64,000 nt of DNA from Azolla caroliniana (lineage: Eukaryota; Plantae; Polypodiophyta), in contig JBHGNT010000022.1 in assembly GCA_043228905.1 (NCBI GenBank), positions 9,982,001 to 10,046,000 of the forward strand. The letters run 5' to 3'. Below, piece after piece: positions 1-12,953 of the stretch. Position 1 is the first letter of the stretch, and each line of letters begins with the position of its first letter. The position numbers and the translations under genes were made by a program. Below the pieces are notes generated by a model. The model was not told the DNA's origin. It saw nothing but the letters and a program-made list of their open reading frames with translations, and made no database searches.

Positions 1-487
1 TGGGCCGACCGGATGGTCGATGACCAGACCGACTAGTCAGACCGACCAGACAATCCACGGGATGAGTCGGTTGATTAGTAAGACTATTATTAATATTAGA
101 TAATAATAGGAATGACAATAGAAGTGGCTACATTTGTAAATATCCCATACAGGGTATAAGTATAAAATACACTTAGGGCAAACACTTTGATAAGTAGGGA
201 AAATAGTGAAGAGTGTGAATGTGAGAAGTGAGAGCAAGCGGAACCATAGTTGTGTTCAATAACAACATATGCCAAGAGCCCTACGAGGTTGTTTTACACT
301 TTGTGTAAAAAGTGTTGTACTCTAATCTCGTCATTGTAAATCCACTGTATAGTGAAGCTCCATTCTTTGTGGTTTTCTCCCGTTTTAGGGTTTCCACGTT
401 AAATTTGTCTACATTTTTTTCTATGTATCAGAGTTGTTTATTTCAGCGTATTCTCTTTCTTGTGGATTGATGATTCATTTCTCAACA
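1..487 (+). mobile_element. 3' part of a Copia-type LTR (3' LTR or solo LTR, cut by the window edge)
   Basis: Ends in TCAACA at 487 with no PBS after it. The segment ~370-404 (ggttttctcccgttttagggtttccacgttaa) closely matches the reverse complement of the motif ttaacgtggaaaaccctaaacgggaaaaaacc in the LTRs at 58267 and 63004. Confidence 0.5.
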
Positions 488-1011
488 GTTAGTACCCTAA
501 AGGTTGTGGAAAATGTCCCCATAGTAGGTTTAGGTGTAGAAGGCATAAGAGTGGGTGGTTGGTTTGGGACTTGGTAAAGTTTCTTTATCGAGGAAAGAAT
601 TTTAGGAACCCATAAATTAAATGATTTTTTATATGTATAGGTTGTGGAAATAAAGATATTCAAATGGAAAACCCAACAAAAGTTTGAATCTTTGTAATTA
701 TTGATAAAAAAACACGGTCACTGAAGGACTCCACTAATTGACTCCACTCTCTTATGGTTTATGGGTGTATAAGAATAGAACATATGACAAATTTGTACAG
801 ACTTAATGTATTGATTCCATTCAATTCAAACGAAATGTTAATGAGGCAACAAGTAGTTGCCAATGTTGTTCATGCCTTTTGCATAAGGCATGTTATTTAG
901 GTGTCTCTTTGATGAGACGCCATATCCATTAAATATTTATAAATGTTTATTTGTTTTATTGTTTTATTGTTTTATTTAAATATTCCGACTCCTAGAAAAC
1001 ATTTCTCGGTC

Positions 1012-3648
1012 TTAATTGGCCCCAATACAATGAGCACAATTCTCCTTGCCAATCGCATTAGCAACACACGGAGCAACAACTTTGGTGCCTGCGAAACAAG
1101 CTAACCTATTCTGAACCAAGTCTTCAATGAACTCATCCAGCTTCTCTATTGTGTCACTAGGCATCACAACTGCGTGCGCGACGTTCCCCTGGCAAGGGAG
1201 GTGCCATTTGCGAACGAAAGAGTCATTGGGAGGTCTTTCGAATACCACAGTAGTGCTAGGCTTGTTAAGCATAACACCGAATCCTGCCTCTCGCAACCGA
1301 TCCTTGAGATAGCGAGCATTGCGAAGGCAACGCCGAACGTCTTTTTGGAACCCTCCATAGCCCCTCCGATTCAATGTGTACCACATGAATATGGGCATGT
1401 GGATATTCATGTTGCCCACTAGAGTTGCATCTGATGTCCATGCGCAATATTGGTCCGCATTCCTCGATAGCACATTTACGAATTTCTTTCTTGCGATTTG
1501 AACACCACATGGTATAGGGCACCCAAGAAATTTATGTCCAGAGACACTCATACTGCTGATAGGCTTCTTGAAGGTCACCTTTGGAGCCTAATTACAAATA
1601 TCATAAACAAAAGAACAATGTTAGTGACATTGAATGAGATCAGTGTTAACAATAGACCTGACCTAAACCCTAGCATAGAAGCAAGGATTTGACTACCTTG
1701 TCCACAAAAGGCATCATAAAACCGAAGAGGGCTCCGTCACAATGAATATAGAATCGATCCTCGGTGAAACCCGTCTCCGACAATGTCTTGATCACTAGGT
1801 CTAAATCATCCACGGCTCCTTTCACAGTTGTGCCTGCATTTTAAATCAATTGTACAATCAAAGATCTCCTTCCTCCAACAAAAAAATCTGACACATGCAT
1901 TCTTCATTTGTGGCATAATAGGCATCTATCTATCTATCTATATATATATACCAAAAAAGTATGTACATATGGTAGGTACATGACAAGAGCACAAAGATCA
2001 TCATCATCATCCATGCAAAACAAAGAGAGAGTTTGCTTTAATACCAATGTTCACTACGATTATTGCAGCTCTGTGTTTCCTCTGTTGCAGCTGAGCCTTC
2101 AAATCCGAGCAATCCATTGCACCTGATACCAGACTCTCCAATTTCACAAGCTCCATCCTATACATTCTAGCGGCCTTGAATATGGAGTAGTGATATTCCT
2201 TGGAAGCATAAAGGACACCATCTGGATATGCCTCCCTCCTGTCGATTAAATCCATCCAGACATTCCAATGATTAAGCCATAGTTAAGCACAATTAAGCAT
2301 AATTAAGCATCATTAAGGATAAACAGATGGAAGGGGAGAGGTAGATGTGGATATATTGATTACCCGAGGAGTATGCCATGGAGGTTCCCCTCTGTACCGC
2401 TGGATGTGATATATCCCCAGTAATCTTCCTTTCCGATTCCCCACAGCCCAGCAAACCAGTCCAACACTTCGGCCTCGAATTTCTTCGCATGGACGCCATG
2501 GCTGCTACTCTCCATAAATGTACTACTGAAATGCTCGGTGTAGAAGTGTTGAAGCTGTGACACTGCTCCATACTCAGAATTCATCGTGCAGGGATAACCT
2601 GAGATCAAAGTTTTCTCTTAAATCATATGCAAGTTCTTCTACTGCGGCAAACATTTCTAGCAAATAACATGTAACATTTCTAGCCGCAGTCCCCAATTCG
2701 CATATCAGTTGACTATATGCAGGAAATCAAATGGCAGCTTCGACATGAGCTTCTCGGATGAACGTAATAATAATGTGGTCACAATTATGATCTGAGAATT
2801 CATGTATGATATCATAGTTAATTAATTAAACATGATTAAGCATAATTAAGCAATAACATAACATTAAGCTTGGGTCTTCAGTCAGCATTGCAGTTGACTA
2901 TGTGCAAATCGAAATCCCAGCTTCTATATGAGCTTCTCGGATCGACGTTATAATAATGTGGTCACAATATGATCTGAACAGTCATATCATGTTCATAGTC
3001 GAAGATTCAAATTACTTGCATAAAAGAATGCAGTCGCGCTACCTAAAAGATATTCCGATCGAATCAAAGCAAAGTAAGGTTATCGGCCACAGGCTCAGAA
3101 ATGCGGCTGTATGAGAAGGAATAAGAAGAAGATTAATCATGAATGCATCTTGTGAGCCACAGCATATTTCCTCCCTCCGCGCATAATTACCACAATCTTT
3201 TCTAAATGCCTAAACCATTGTCTAGATCTGTTCTTGATTAATGGGCCTAAGCATTGGTTTTCAGCTCTGTGTATATAGTAATTACCACAAACTTGTCTAA
3301 ATGTCTAAACTATTGTCTAAATCTGTTATTGATTAATTGGCCTAAGGATTGTTTTTTTTTAGCTCTGTGTATTATTCAGATCAGGAAGGGGCGGTGGAGA
3401 AGAGAGACATGGGAGCTTCGGCGAAGGTTTTTACCGAGCTGATATTTGCTGCGTGTCACGAGCGTTTCACGATATGTGGCAAGAACAGAAGCCATGGAAG
3501 CTTCTTTCTCCTTTCTGATTTCATCGTCCATGGAAGGCTCAGTGATGGCATAAGAAGAAGAAGAATCATCCGGAATCGATCCGACTACTGTAGCTTTTAC
3601 TTCTTCTGCTTCATCTGCTGCAGCTATGGCGTTTCTAGAAGCTTCCAT
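1012..3648 (-). CDS. SDC: Serine decarboxylase-like group II PLP-dependent amino-acid decarboxylase (SDC/HDC family), 5 exons, 451 aa
   Basis: Exons 3648-3435, 2598-2364, 2238-2045, 1833-1697 and 1587-1012 all have GT-AG introns with compatible phases (1,2,1,0), giving 1356 nt with no internal stop. Motifs: [82 protein letters not shown] (PLP lysine), VVMPS..IEKLD, matching plant SDC1 as I recall it. Confidence 0.93.
2706..2995. repeat. Diverged direct duplication (~110 bp, two copies) in SDC intron 1
   Basis: cagttgactat.tgca...atgagcttctcggat...ataatgtggtcacaat.atgatctga occurs at ~2706 and ~2891. Confidence 0.8.
3186..3372. repeat. Tandem duplication (~93 bp x2) in SDC intron 1
   Basis: aattaccacaa...tctaaatg.ctaaac.attgtcta.atctgtt.ttgattaat.ggcctaag.attg...agctctgtgtat is repeated head to tail. 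Confidence 0.8.
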
Positions 3649-3739
3649 GTGTAACGAAGACAAAAAAGAAGGGGGAAGAGAGAAAAAGATAGAAGAATGA
3701 AAGATGACCAAGAAAGTGATTGGGCAGACTTGACTTAAA

Positions 3740-3740
<1 letters not shown>

Positions 3741-3778
<38 letters not shown>

Positions 3779-3792
3779 GAAGAAGAAGAAGA
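3741..3792. repeat. (GAA)n/(TTC)n microsatellite in the probable SDC 5' UTR
   Basis: Run of gaa units ~90-140 bp upstream of the ATG at 3648. Confidence 0.9.
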
Positions 3793-3989
3793 CCATAACG
3801 CGGGCGGTCATTGGGACCTATAGACCCCACACATTTTGCTTGCACATGTGCTTTTCCCGTCTAACGAACCAACAACAAATGCCGTCGATACTTTGCTTCT
3901 CTTTGTTACCGAAACCTGTCCCTGTCGACCACCACCTAACAATCTCGGTTTGCTCAATTAATGTTTGCTATATATATATATATATATAC

Positions 3990-6780
3990 TCACATGTGGT
4001 GTATACTTCCTAATGTGTGCTATAATATATTCACATGTCCCACTAATGTGTGCTATATATATTTACAGATCGCATATACTTCCTAATGTGTGCTATATAT
4101 ACGCACATGTTGCATATACTTCCTAACGCGTGTTATATATACATACTCACAATGTCCCATCATTCCTAATGTGTGCCATATATACTCACATGTTACATCC
4201 ATCGCCGTCGCCGCCACCCTCAAGTGGGAAAACAACACAATATTCAACATTGCTCTTATTGACAATGCAACAATCTTTGGGAACGTAAATTATAGACCAT
4301 ACATACAATCATACCACCTTTTGTGAAGTGTTCCCCCAACACACTCGCGCACGCACACACGTGTTACATCGACCACCATCCACGAGGACAAGCACACAAC
4401 AATGAATATCACCTTCTTTCTAAATCATGGACCATACATACAATCATACCACCTTATGTGAAGTGTTCCTCCAACACACTCACGCACGCACACACGTGTT
4501 ACATCGACCACCATCCACAACCAGGACAAGCACACAACAATGAATATCACCTTCTTTCTAAATCATGCTATGTATACACACAGTACATCATTGGCCACGG
4601 TCCCTGAAGTAGCTAAACGACACAATAGTTAGCATAGCAACCAATGTGTGTCATATACACACATTATATCAATGGTCGCCAACACACACATAAAAAGGAT
4701 ACAATAAAGTGTTATACACACACATGCATGTTGCATCGATGCCAAACGTGATGTAGCACAAGCGACACAATTATTGCCAACTTCGCTCCTAAAGAGTGTT
4801 ATCTACACACATGTTGTGGTGTGCTCAATCTATGCCAAGTTGTAGAGAGTCCTAAAACTTAATGGGACTCACCAGACAACCTAGTCCAAGTCCCAGGTAG
4901 CACACCCCCCAATCGTTTGCCATGAAATACTTAGGCCCAACAATTCGTCCCAACAGTTAGCTCCAATGGCCATATAAGGCCCTATATAAAGGAATTGCAT
5001 GTGAAAGAAGATTCATTTGCATATTTCACATGTTGGTCTTTGGTGCTCTATCTCCGTTAGATCAGGTTGTTGTTTTCCCAACTCATCATGTGTTGTCCAA
5101 GCTCACCTTGTGGTTTTGTCCCAAATATTGGGATTACTTTGTAACATTTTGAGTGTATAATATGAAAGAGAATTTTGTCCCTTGTGTTGTTTCAATCACA
5201 TGATCATTGTTGCTATTAAGTCTAACGATATTTTAAGGGCGTAATGAGTAGCTTTGGTCAAGCTCCTAAAGTGCTATATTCAATATCAATGTCAAGTATT
5301 TTATGCACCAATAATATATATGTTGTATATACCCCAGTAGCATAAAGTGGTATGTACACCAACATAACATGTTAGGGTGTTTGGCATGCTAGTCACGTTC
5401 CTTCCCTCTTTCTTCTTCTTTCTTCCACATGTCTCCCTCTTTTGGACTTAGCAAGGTCGGAACAAACATCTTCACCTAGCTAGGCCCAAAGTGTGAACAA
5501 TTAGGAACGAAACATTTAGCTATTAACGAAGAGCATCAGAGCGACGTTGAGCTCCTCTCCTTAGCCATCCTTAAGTACATATAGGGTTAGGATTATGCTT
5601 ATGTATTTCTTTACACACACATAAAGGCACCGAAATTAACGTTCATAAAGATGAGCACTCTTGCATACAGATTTAACAAATAATCAACATACACATACAT
5701 AGTTAGGTTTAGGAATAGTATTAGGTTAATTAGCCATAAAACACAAAAAAGTTAGTAATCATACCGTACACACAAACACTAATTAATGTAGGGTGAAATT
5801 ATACTGATAGATATACACACTCTTAAACTTATACTTAAACACATACACGTACACATACACACACACACACACACTAATTAACACATGATGTTACGCATGC
5901 ACATATCATGCATACATACATACACACATACACACAGACATACACATGCACATACATACGCATATCGAGGTAACTTGTAAGGAAAAAATGTGAATTTCAA
6001 GAGAAACTTTTAGTCCACTAGTGTCATGTGAGCAACATCAAAGTTCTTTGAATGCTATCTCTAAAGGGCCTTTCCCTAATTTGAGGAAAGCACCCCACAA
6101 CCAAGAAAAAGATGCAACAAATAACTAGCTTACTTCCTAATGTGTGCTATATTTACACACTTTATGTGTGGCTACCCTGAAGTAGGAAACGACACAATAT
6201 GTATTCAACATGTAATAATCTTGGGGGAGTTAAATTATGGACCATAAAATTCATATGAGCTTATATAAAGTGTTCTAGACATGCACACACACACATGTGT
6301 TACATCATTCGCCACCCACAAAACGAAAAAGGTTGCAACAATAAATCAATATATTTCCTTAAGTGTGCTATATGCACAAATATTACGTCCATCATCAACC
6401 TTTATTAGCAAAATGACAAAATTTTTATTATAGTTCTTGTCAACCTCCTAACAATCTCTGCGAATTTAAATTATGAACCATTCATATTCATATAACCTTA
6501 TATAAAGTGTTCAACACACTCACGCACGCATGCACATATGTGACACTTGTGGACACCCACAACCAAAAAACGAAGACAATATTCATCATAGTTCTTAATG
6601 TGTGTCATATATACACATTGTATTATTGGTTCTCTACAAACACATGTTGTCATGTGCTCAATTTTGTCCAAACTTGCAAGGAATGACAAAACTAATTGGG
6701 ACTCATAAGACAACCTAGTTGTAGTCCCAACAAGCATGCCCCACCAGTTAGCTTGAATATTGAGTGTCAACAATTAATCC
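3990..6780. repeat. Degenerate complex repeat array upstream of SDC, including a ~135-bp tandem duplication at 4295-4567
   Basis: Recurrent acttcctaatgtgtgctatat, aaattat.gaccat...aagtgttc...cacacatgtgttacatc motifs at ~4000-4600 and ~6130-6620. Blocks ~4810-4950 and ~6640-6780 are homologous. Confidence 0.6.
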
Positions 6781-6859
6781 CAAAGGAGTATTCCAAAAAC
6801 TAGCCTCCAACAACTAGTCTTAACTTCCACGTAAGGTAGTAGATAGGGAGATGGCATGG

Positions 6860-9800
6860 GAAGTGTAAAGAAATGGGAGGCGTAGGTGATGTTGTGCAAC
6901 AGAAGTGAGTTGTGTGTGTGTATGTAAGACAATTAGAGAGAGAGAGAGAGAGAGAGAGAGCTTAGAACAAGAAGCTATATTAGTTAAAAAGATGAAATTA
7001 CATCCAACAATAACTAAGTTACAAACAGTTGGTTTAAATACGAACTAACCTAGGGCAACTGCCCTTTCTATTATTTACAAAACTAGCCTAGTATGTCCAC
7101 TTGCTAGTGTGAAAGCCACTTCATTAGGGAAGTTGGGTTTGATTCTCAATACGCCCCTTCGAACACAACTGGTCGTTGGAGATATTGTCTTGTTGTTCGG
7201 CTCGTTTCGGCTTTTTGGGTTTCTCGGCTTTGTGGCTGGTGCGACTTGTTCAACTTCGTGCTTCAACTATTCTTCTTCATTCGAATTAGTTGGTTGGGTT
7301 ACTCGGCGTTTGTTGTCGTGCTCCCCCTCAAGGTTGTTAGGTACGATACGGATACCATACGTATGTAACGTATTAATACCCGTATAGTACCTCCCAATTT
7401 AAAAATACGTTAAATACGATTTTTTAATATGTTAAATACTTATAAAATACGTAAAATACGTATTTTACGTATAGTACGTTAAATACTTCTAGAATTTGAA
7501 AATTATTTACCTTCCTAAAAAATATCTATAATATTGTAAAAAACATCTATGTTTACACAATTTTGTGATGTACAATATAGTTCTACATCCTAAAATGCAT
7601 ATAAGACATTTGAACATTTCACATCCTAAAATATTTGTAGTAATATGGATGTCGACATTCCCTTATTCTATAAATCAGTGTAAGTGTGTATAACGATTTT
7701 CTACTTCAACTTGTAATTATTTACAATTATGCCTTCATAGATTGAGGAATCGTCTATGATTATCACACTCATGATAGGTTTCTCTTTTCTTCATTTTCTT
7801 ATTTTTCATCTTCTATCTACTGCGATTATCACACTCAGGACAGGTTTATGTCTTCTTTTCTCTCTTCTTCTTCTTCTTCTTCTTCATCTTCTTCATCGTC
7901 GTCTATTCTATTCTTCTTTCTTCCTTCCTTTGGCTTCTTTTTCACTAAAATCTTTTTTTCTTTTGCTTTTTATTAGGGTTTTACTTACATTTTCTTTATA
8001 AATACGTATTATACCTGTTATTTTATAAATACGTTAAATACTGTATTGGACAAATGTACATGATATTTGACTGAATAACATTGAGGTATAGTACGTACTA
8101 TACAAATCATGAGGTACTATATGTATTTAAACGTTAAATACGGGTACGTAAACAACCATGCGATTCCCCCTCAAGCTCAGCAATGCAGAGATCATGAGAC
8201 CAAGGTCAGATGAAAATTGCCCGAGCATGTTGACTCCTAAGGTCTTCGTGAAAATGTCAGCAATATGAAGGTTTGTGGTAATGTGCTGCAGGTTGACTTG
8301 TCGAGCCTGAACGTGCTCTTAGATGAAGTGATAGTACACTTCGATATGCTCCGTGCGCGTGTGGAACACGAGGTTCTAAGCCAAATGAATATTGGTCATG
8401 TTGTTGCAATATAGGAGAATTGGATCCTTGATGGGAACGCCTAGATTCTTCAATACACGCTTCACATGTGGTGACGACCGAGCCCCTGTATTCAGCTTCT
8501 ATTCTCGATAGGGCAACTATCGATTTTTTTTTGCTGTTGCAGGAGATTGCTTCGTTGCTGAGGTTCCCTTCAAGTCAAACGATCGTGTTCAACTTATACA
8601 TGATGTTGTAATCCATTGTTCCAGTGACATACTTGAGTACCCTCTTAGCGCAATCCAGATGAATATCTCGGGGTTTTCTGCATGAATTGGCTAAGTAGAC
8701 CGACCAGATAGCTGGGGTTGAGAGCTGTGATGGTTAGATAGATTAGGTTGCTGAGTCGGCTCACACTCTTCTCTCCTTGAGTCGACATCAAGCTTAGGGT
8801 TTCGATCGACTTAGTCATCCCGAACTTGTAGAGCAAGTTAAGGATGTAGTGTCGCTAAGAGATCATAATCCTGATTGGTATCCTAATTATGTCTATACCG
8901 AGGAAGTAATAGAGCTAGTGCATATCTTTCATTTCGAATTTGTCAAATAGGAGTGATTTGACCAGACTAATATCGGCTAGATTCTTTCCTCCGATGACCA
9001 GATCATCCACATACAGGATGATGACAATGTTTGACTCGCTTCTAATGTAGAGGGAATTATCCGATTTCGACATTCGGAAGCCGATTTGGTGAAGGTATTG
9101 AGTGATCTTCGAGTGGCAAGCACGTGGTGCTTACTTGAGTCTGCACAATGGCTTATTGAGTCGGCACACTGCGGTCGAATGCTTGGGCGAGTCGAAACTA
9201 GGTGGTTGAACAATGAAGACATCCTCTTCTAATTCACCTTGAAGAAAGGAGTTCTTTACGTCCATTTGGTGGAGATGCCACCCTTTAGTAGTTGCGAGAG
9301 CAATAGCTATTCGAATAGTCGTCATCTTTGCCATCGAGGCAAAGGTCTCCTCATAGTTGACTCCGTGTGTTTGAGCATATCCCAAAGCTACGAGTTGTGC
9401 CTTGTAGCGGTTGACCGAGCTGTCAACATTATATTTAACCTTGACGATCCATTGATACCCAATCGCTTTCTTATATGGAAAACGAGGAACGAGGTCCCAT
9501 GTCTCGTTCTTGCATAGCGCCCACACCTCTTCGTTCATGGTTCGATCCATCATGGATCCTTGGCTACCTCGGAAAAAGTTTCCGGTTCTTGGACTGTCAC
9601 GACCTTCATCATAAAGGTATAGTGATATGCCATATAATCATCCTAGTCGAATATGTTAACCAAATTCTATTTTCAGGTGGAGCGACGAAGTTTCTCGTTT
9701 GCTGTGATAATAGCAATCGAGGCCTTTGAGCTCACTATCGAGTGAGTGTGTCGACTTGGTCCTCATATTCCGGCATTTTGGCCGTCCCTTTGTCCAACTT

Positions 9801-11900
9801 CGGACTTGGCCGAGATGTGCATTGATTGCTTGGAGGCTCTTGAGGTCCACTCAATCTGGTCGTAATTCGACTTTCTTTGATATTTGTCTTCTAAATCCTG
9901 GTCAACCAAGTGTGGGTCGACTAGGGTTAGAATCAGAGTTGTCTCTAGTTCATACCAGGATGTCGATTCGTCGAAGACGACATCACAACTTACTCGAACT
10001 TTTTGGTTAGATGGGCTATAATACTTGTACCCCTTTTGTTTGAGAGAGTACCGTACGAGGATACATTTCTCCGACTTGGGATCGAGCTTTTGTTGCTTCT
10101 TGTCGAGAATATGTACATAAACAATTGAGCCAAATATCCTGACGTAGGATAAGTTCAGCGTCTTTTCGAAGAACTTCTCGTGGGGAGTAACGTCGTGTAC
10201 CCCAGAGGTTGTACACCTATTCATGGGTGGAGGACTGTGTTAACCGCTTCTGCCCAGTATGACTTCAACAAGTTCTTTTGGTTCATCATTGCCCTTGCCA
10301 CCTCTACTATGTGTTGATTCTTTCGTTCGACAACTCCATTTTGTTGAGGTTTGTGTCAACAAGAGAATTCTCGTCGAATTCCTTCCTTTCAGAGATAAGC
10401 TGTGAATTCATCTAAGAAATACTCCTTCCCTCCATCTGATAGGACACATCGGACATGCTAACCTGTGGCTTTTTCAACTTCATTCTTAAATTTTTGGAAG
10501 TGTCTAAATAGTTCACTGTTTGGTCGCATAGTGTAGATCTAGTTGTGCTTGGAGAAGTGGTTGACGAATGTGACATAATATTGGCATCCACCAAACATGG
10601 TTGTCTGTGTTGGTTCCCATACATCAGAGTGGATTACGTCCAAGACTCCTTTGCTCACATTCCTCTCTATCGAGAATGGATGTCGATGTTTTTTGCCGAA
10701 TTGGCATGCCTCATCTATGCCAATGCTCTCTCTTTTTGTAAAATTCAGGAGTCTGATGACGAGTCCTTTCGATTGCATGTTCTGGAGGTTCTGGAGATTG
10801 ACGTGGCTGATTCTCTTCTGCAACAATTTCAAATTGGTGTTGACTTTAACGCCTTTTCCAAACATGGTTGACTTCACCTTGTTTGACTCAAGGATAAACA
10901 TTCGTCCTTCTGGTCGATCGTGAGCTATGAGTCGATTGTCTTTTACAATAAAACACCCTTCATTGTTGAACCACACTTGCATGCCTTGTTCTACTATCTG
11001 GCCGACTGAGACCAGATTTTTCGTGATGGTTAGGACATGCAAGATTTTCTTGAGGTACGTTTGTTTGCCGTCGTTCCCGAATGGGACATTTCCGATATGC
11101 CGAATTGGGCGAGTTGTGTGATCTCTGGTTTCCACATAGTCGTGTTGATCGGGCTTCCTCAACTCTCGGAACCAATCTTCATGAGATGTCATGTGATTGG
11201 ACGCTCCAGAGTTTACAAACCATACATTTTCGGAAGAGGTGATAGTCGAACCCTGTGTCGACATCGAGTGTGCTTTATGCCTCATTACAAACATTCCGCC
11301 ATGATCTTCATAATCGGAATTTGTGGCATAGTTCGTGAGTTGTTGGCTGGTCGAAGCCAATTCTCGTTTCTTCTTTCGACATTGTTCTTCAAAGTGGCCG
11401 AGTTTTCCAAAGTACTCGCATTTGATCGGGTGGTTTTGGTGACTTGGTCTGGCAGGATGGCCCCCCATGTACCGAACTCCCTTTTTGTGTTACTAGCCTA
11501 CTGCCAATGATGAGACTTGTGTTCTTGGGCCGACTGATTATGTCGACCTCTGTCCAACTAGGTCAAATCCTCTTCCCTCGTCCCACTAGGAGTAGAGCAT
11601 CTGGCCATCTGGTGCACCGCTCCTGGATCAGATATGTATTTCCTCGACCAACAATATTGACTAAAGGTCGAAAAATGAGGGAGGATTCTCCCTTGCAAGG
11701 ATGGCCGATCTGATTGTGTCGAATCATGGTGCCAAGCCACATAGGCATATTTGCACGATTTCATCATCGTCGGTGATGACATTGATCGATTTGAGGGCAT
11801 CACATAACTCCTTGATCTTCAAGATATAGTTGGTGATCAACATATCCCTTTGCTGAATATTGTTCAACTCTTGACGGAGCTGAAGCTTGCGTGCAACCGT
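6860..11900 (-). mobile_element. Degenerate Ty1/Copia element H (host of the 38-kb nest): gag C-terminus, PR, IN, RT, RH and a probable 3' LTR. Its gag N-terminus resumes at 50237-51270.
   Basis: Fragmented ORFs: VARKLQLRQELNNI, CEYFGKLGHFEEQC, WFVNSGASNHMT, IHSDVW, KLDPKSEKCILV, NRYKAQLVALGYAQ, LHQMDVKNSFLQG. A decayed LTR end and PPT (ctcaata|cgccccttc) lie near 7151. The left LTR boundary is uncertain. Confidence 0.85.
7329..8160. mobile_element. AT-rich non-autonomous DNA-transposon-like (MITE-like) insertion in the 3' region of Copia H
   Basis: Imperfect terminal inverted repeats CAAGGTTGTT...AACAACCATG, inverted subterminal blocks (tatagtacctc / gaggtactata) and many aaatacgt motifs. 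No clean TSD was found. Confidence 0.5.
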
Positions 11901-12240
11901 TGTCGTGTGGTTTTTCACACACGATATGAAAAATAGAAAAATAATTATTTAAGATTAGCTTAATGTATTGATATGGGAAGATAGATGTCTTCAAGAGCTT
12001 CATAACGTATTTACTACGCATAAAACGGATAAACAAGTATCAAGTTATGTGAGTGTGAAGTTTGAAGGAAAAAAAGAAAAGACAAAACTGAGAGATATCC
12101 CACATAGATAGGACAACATTGAAACCCTAGATATATAAGGGAAACCAAAACATATTCATTCTATCAATGTGTGGAGCATAGAATGTTCAAGGTGACTTGG
12201 GCCACACTGTGTAGTGTGGACGTTTTGGGCGTACGCACGT

Positions 12241-12953
12241 TGTCGTGAAGATTTTTGTCCACAAGCGGAAACCCGAGCAAAGAGAGCCAAAGAGCGATGT
12301 GCAACGTTGCACACGTACATAATGTATTTGTAATAGTAATAAGGGTAAATTGTATGGTGCTAGAAATGCCCCATAGGATCCCTAAGGTATAAAGGTGATG
12401 TGGTCTTGTGCGCACATCCACGCGAGAGAGAGAGAGAGGTACTATGCGGTACATAGGTACCTAGTTGTTTGTGTGGAGGTGGGAGTTAAGGGGCCATCAA
12501 TCTCACCCTCCCCAAATCAAGGCCAATATCCCCTTTGAAGGAAAGGGGATATTTTAGTCTCACTTTTGTAAATAGTCTTCCCTCCTTGTGCTATAAAAGG
12601 AGAGGGAAGGCACCATTGTGGGGGTTGCCTATTTTGAGTGTGAGAGGTATACCACATAGGTCGAGCATTACGGTTAGGGTTTCTTTATCTTTATCTTCAT
12701 CTTCGTCGGTTAGGGTTTCGAGTAGTCGTTTGGTGCGGCCTATGCGGCCACCATTTTGTAATCGTTCATTTCGTTTTAATATATCTTGTTGATCATCTTG
12801 TCTCCATCTTCCTCTTGTTCGATCTAATCTCTTGTTCATTCTTCTTCTTCTTGAGCAAAGCTTCATTCCATGTCCGATTCCTTCTCCTCTACTCCTTAGT
12901 CCAAGACCCCCGTGGTCCCGCCCTTCTCCACGCACGCGCGTAGCAACGCGACA
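12241..12953 (+). mobile_element. Solo LTR Y (713 bp) of the tRNA-Trp Gypsy group, inserted in the 5' LTR of X
   Basis: TGTCGTGAAG...CGCGACA ends, 4-bp TSD ACGT (12237-12240, 12954-12957), TATA-like ctataaaagg, and the shared U5 motif gacccccgtggtcccgcc. Confidence 0.88.

Noticed and set aside
3376-3711. Upstream start at 3711 for the decarboxylase
   Set aside because: It is a non-ATG start in the ORF track; the first ATG in frame is at 3648 and the exon ends at the donor at 3434.
11901-12953. Single 1053-bp solo LTR
   Set aside because: Flanks CCGT/ACGT do not match; an internal ACGT|TGTCGTG at 12241 gives a perfect TSD for a 713-bp solo LTR nested in LTR X.
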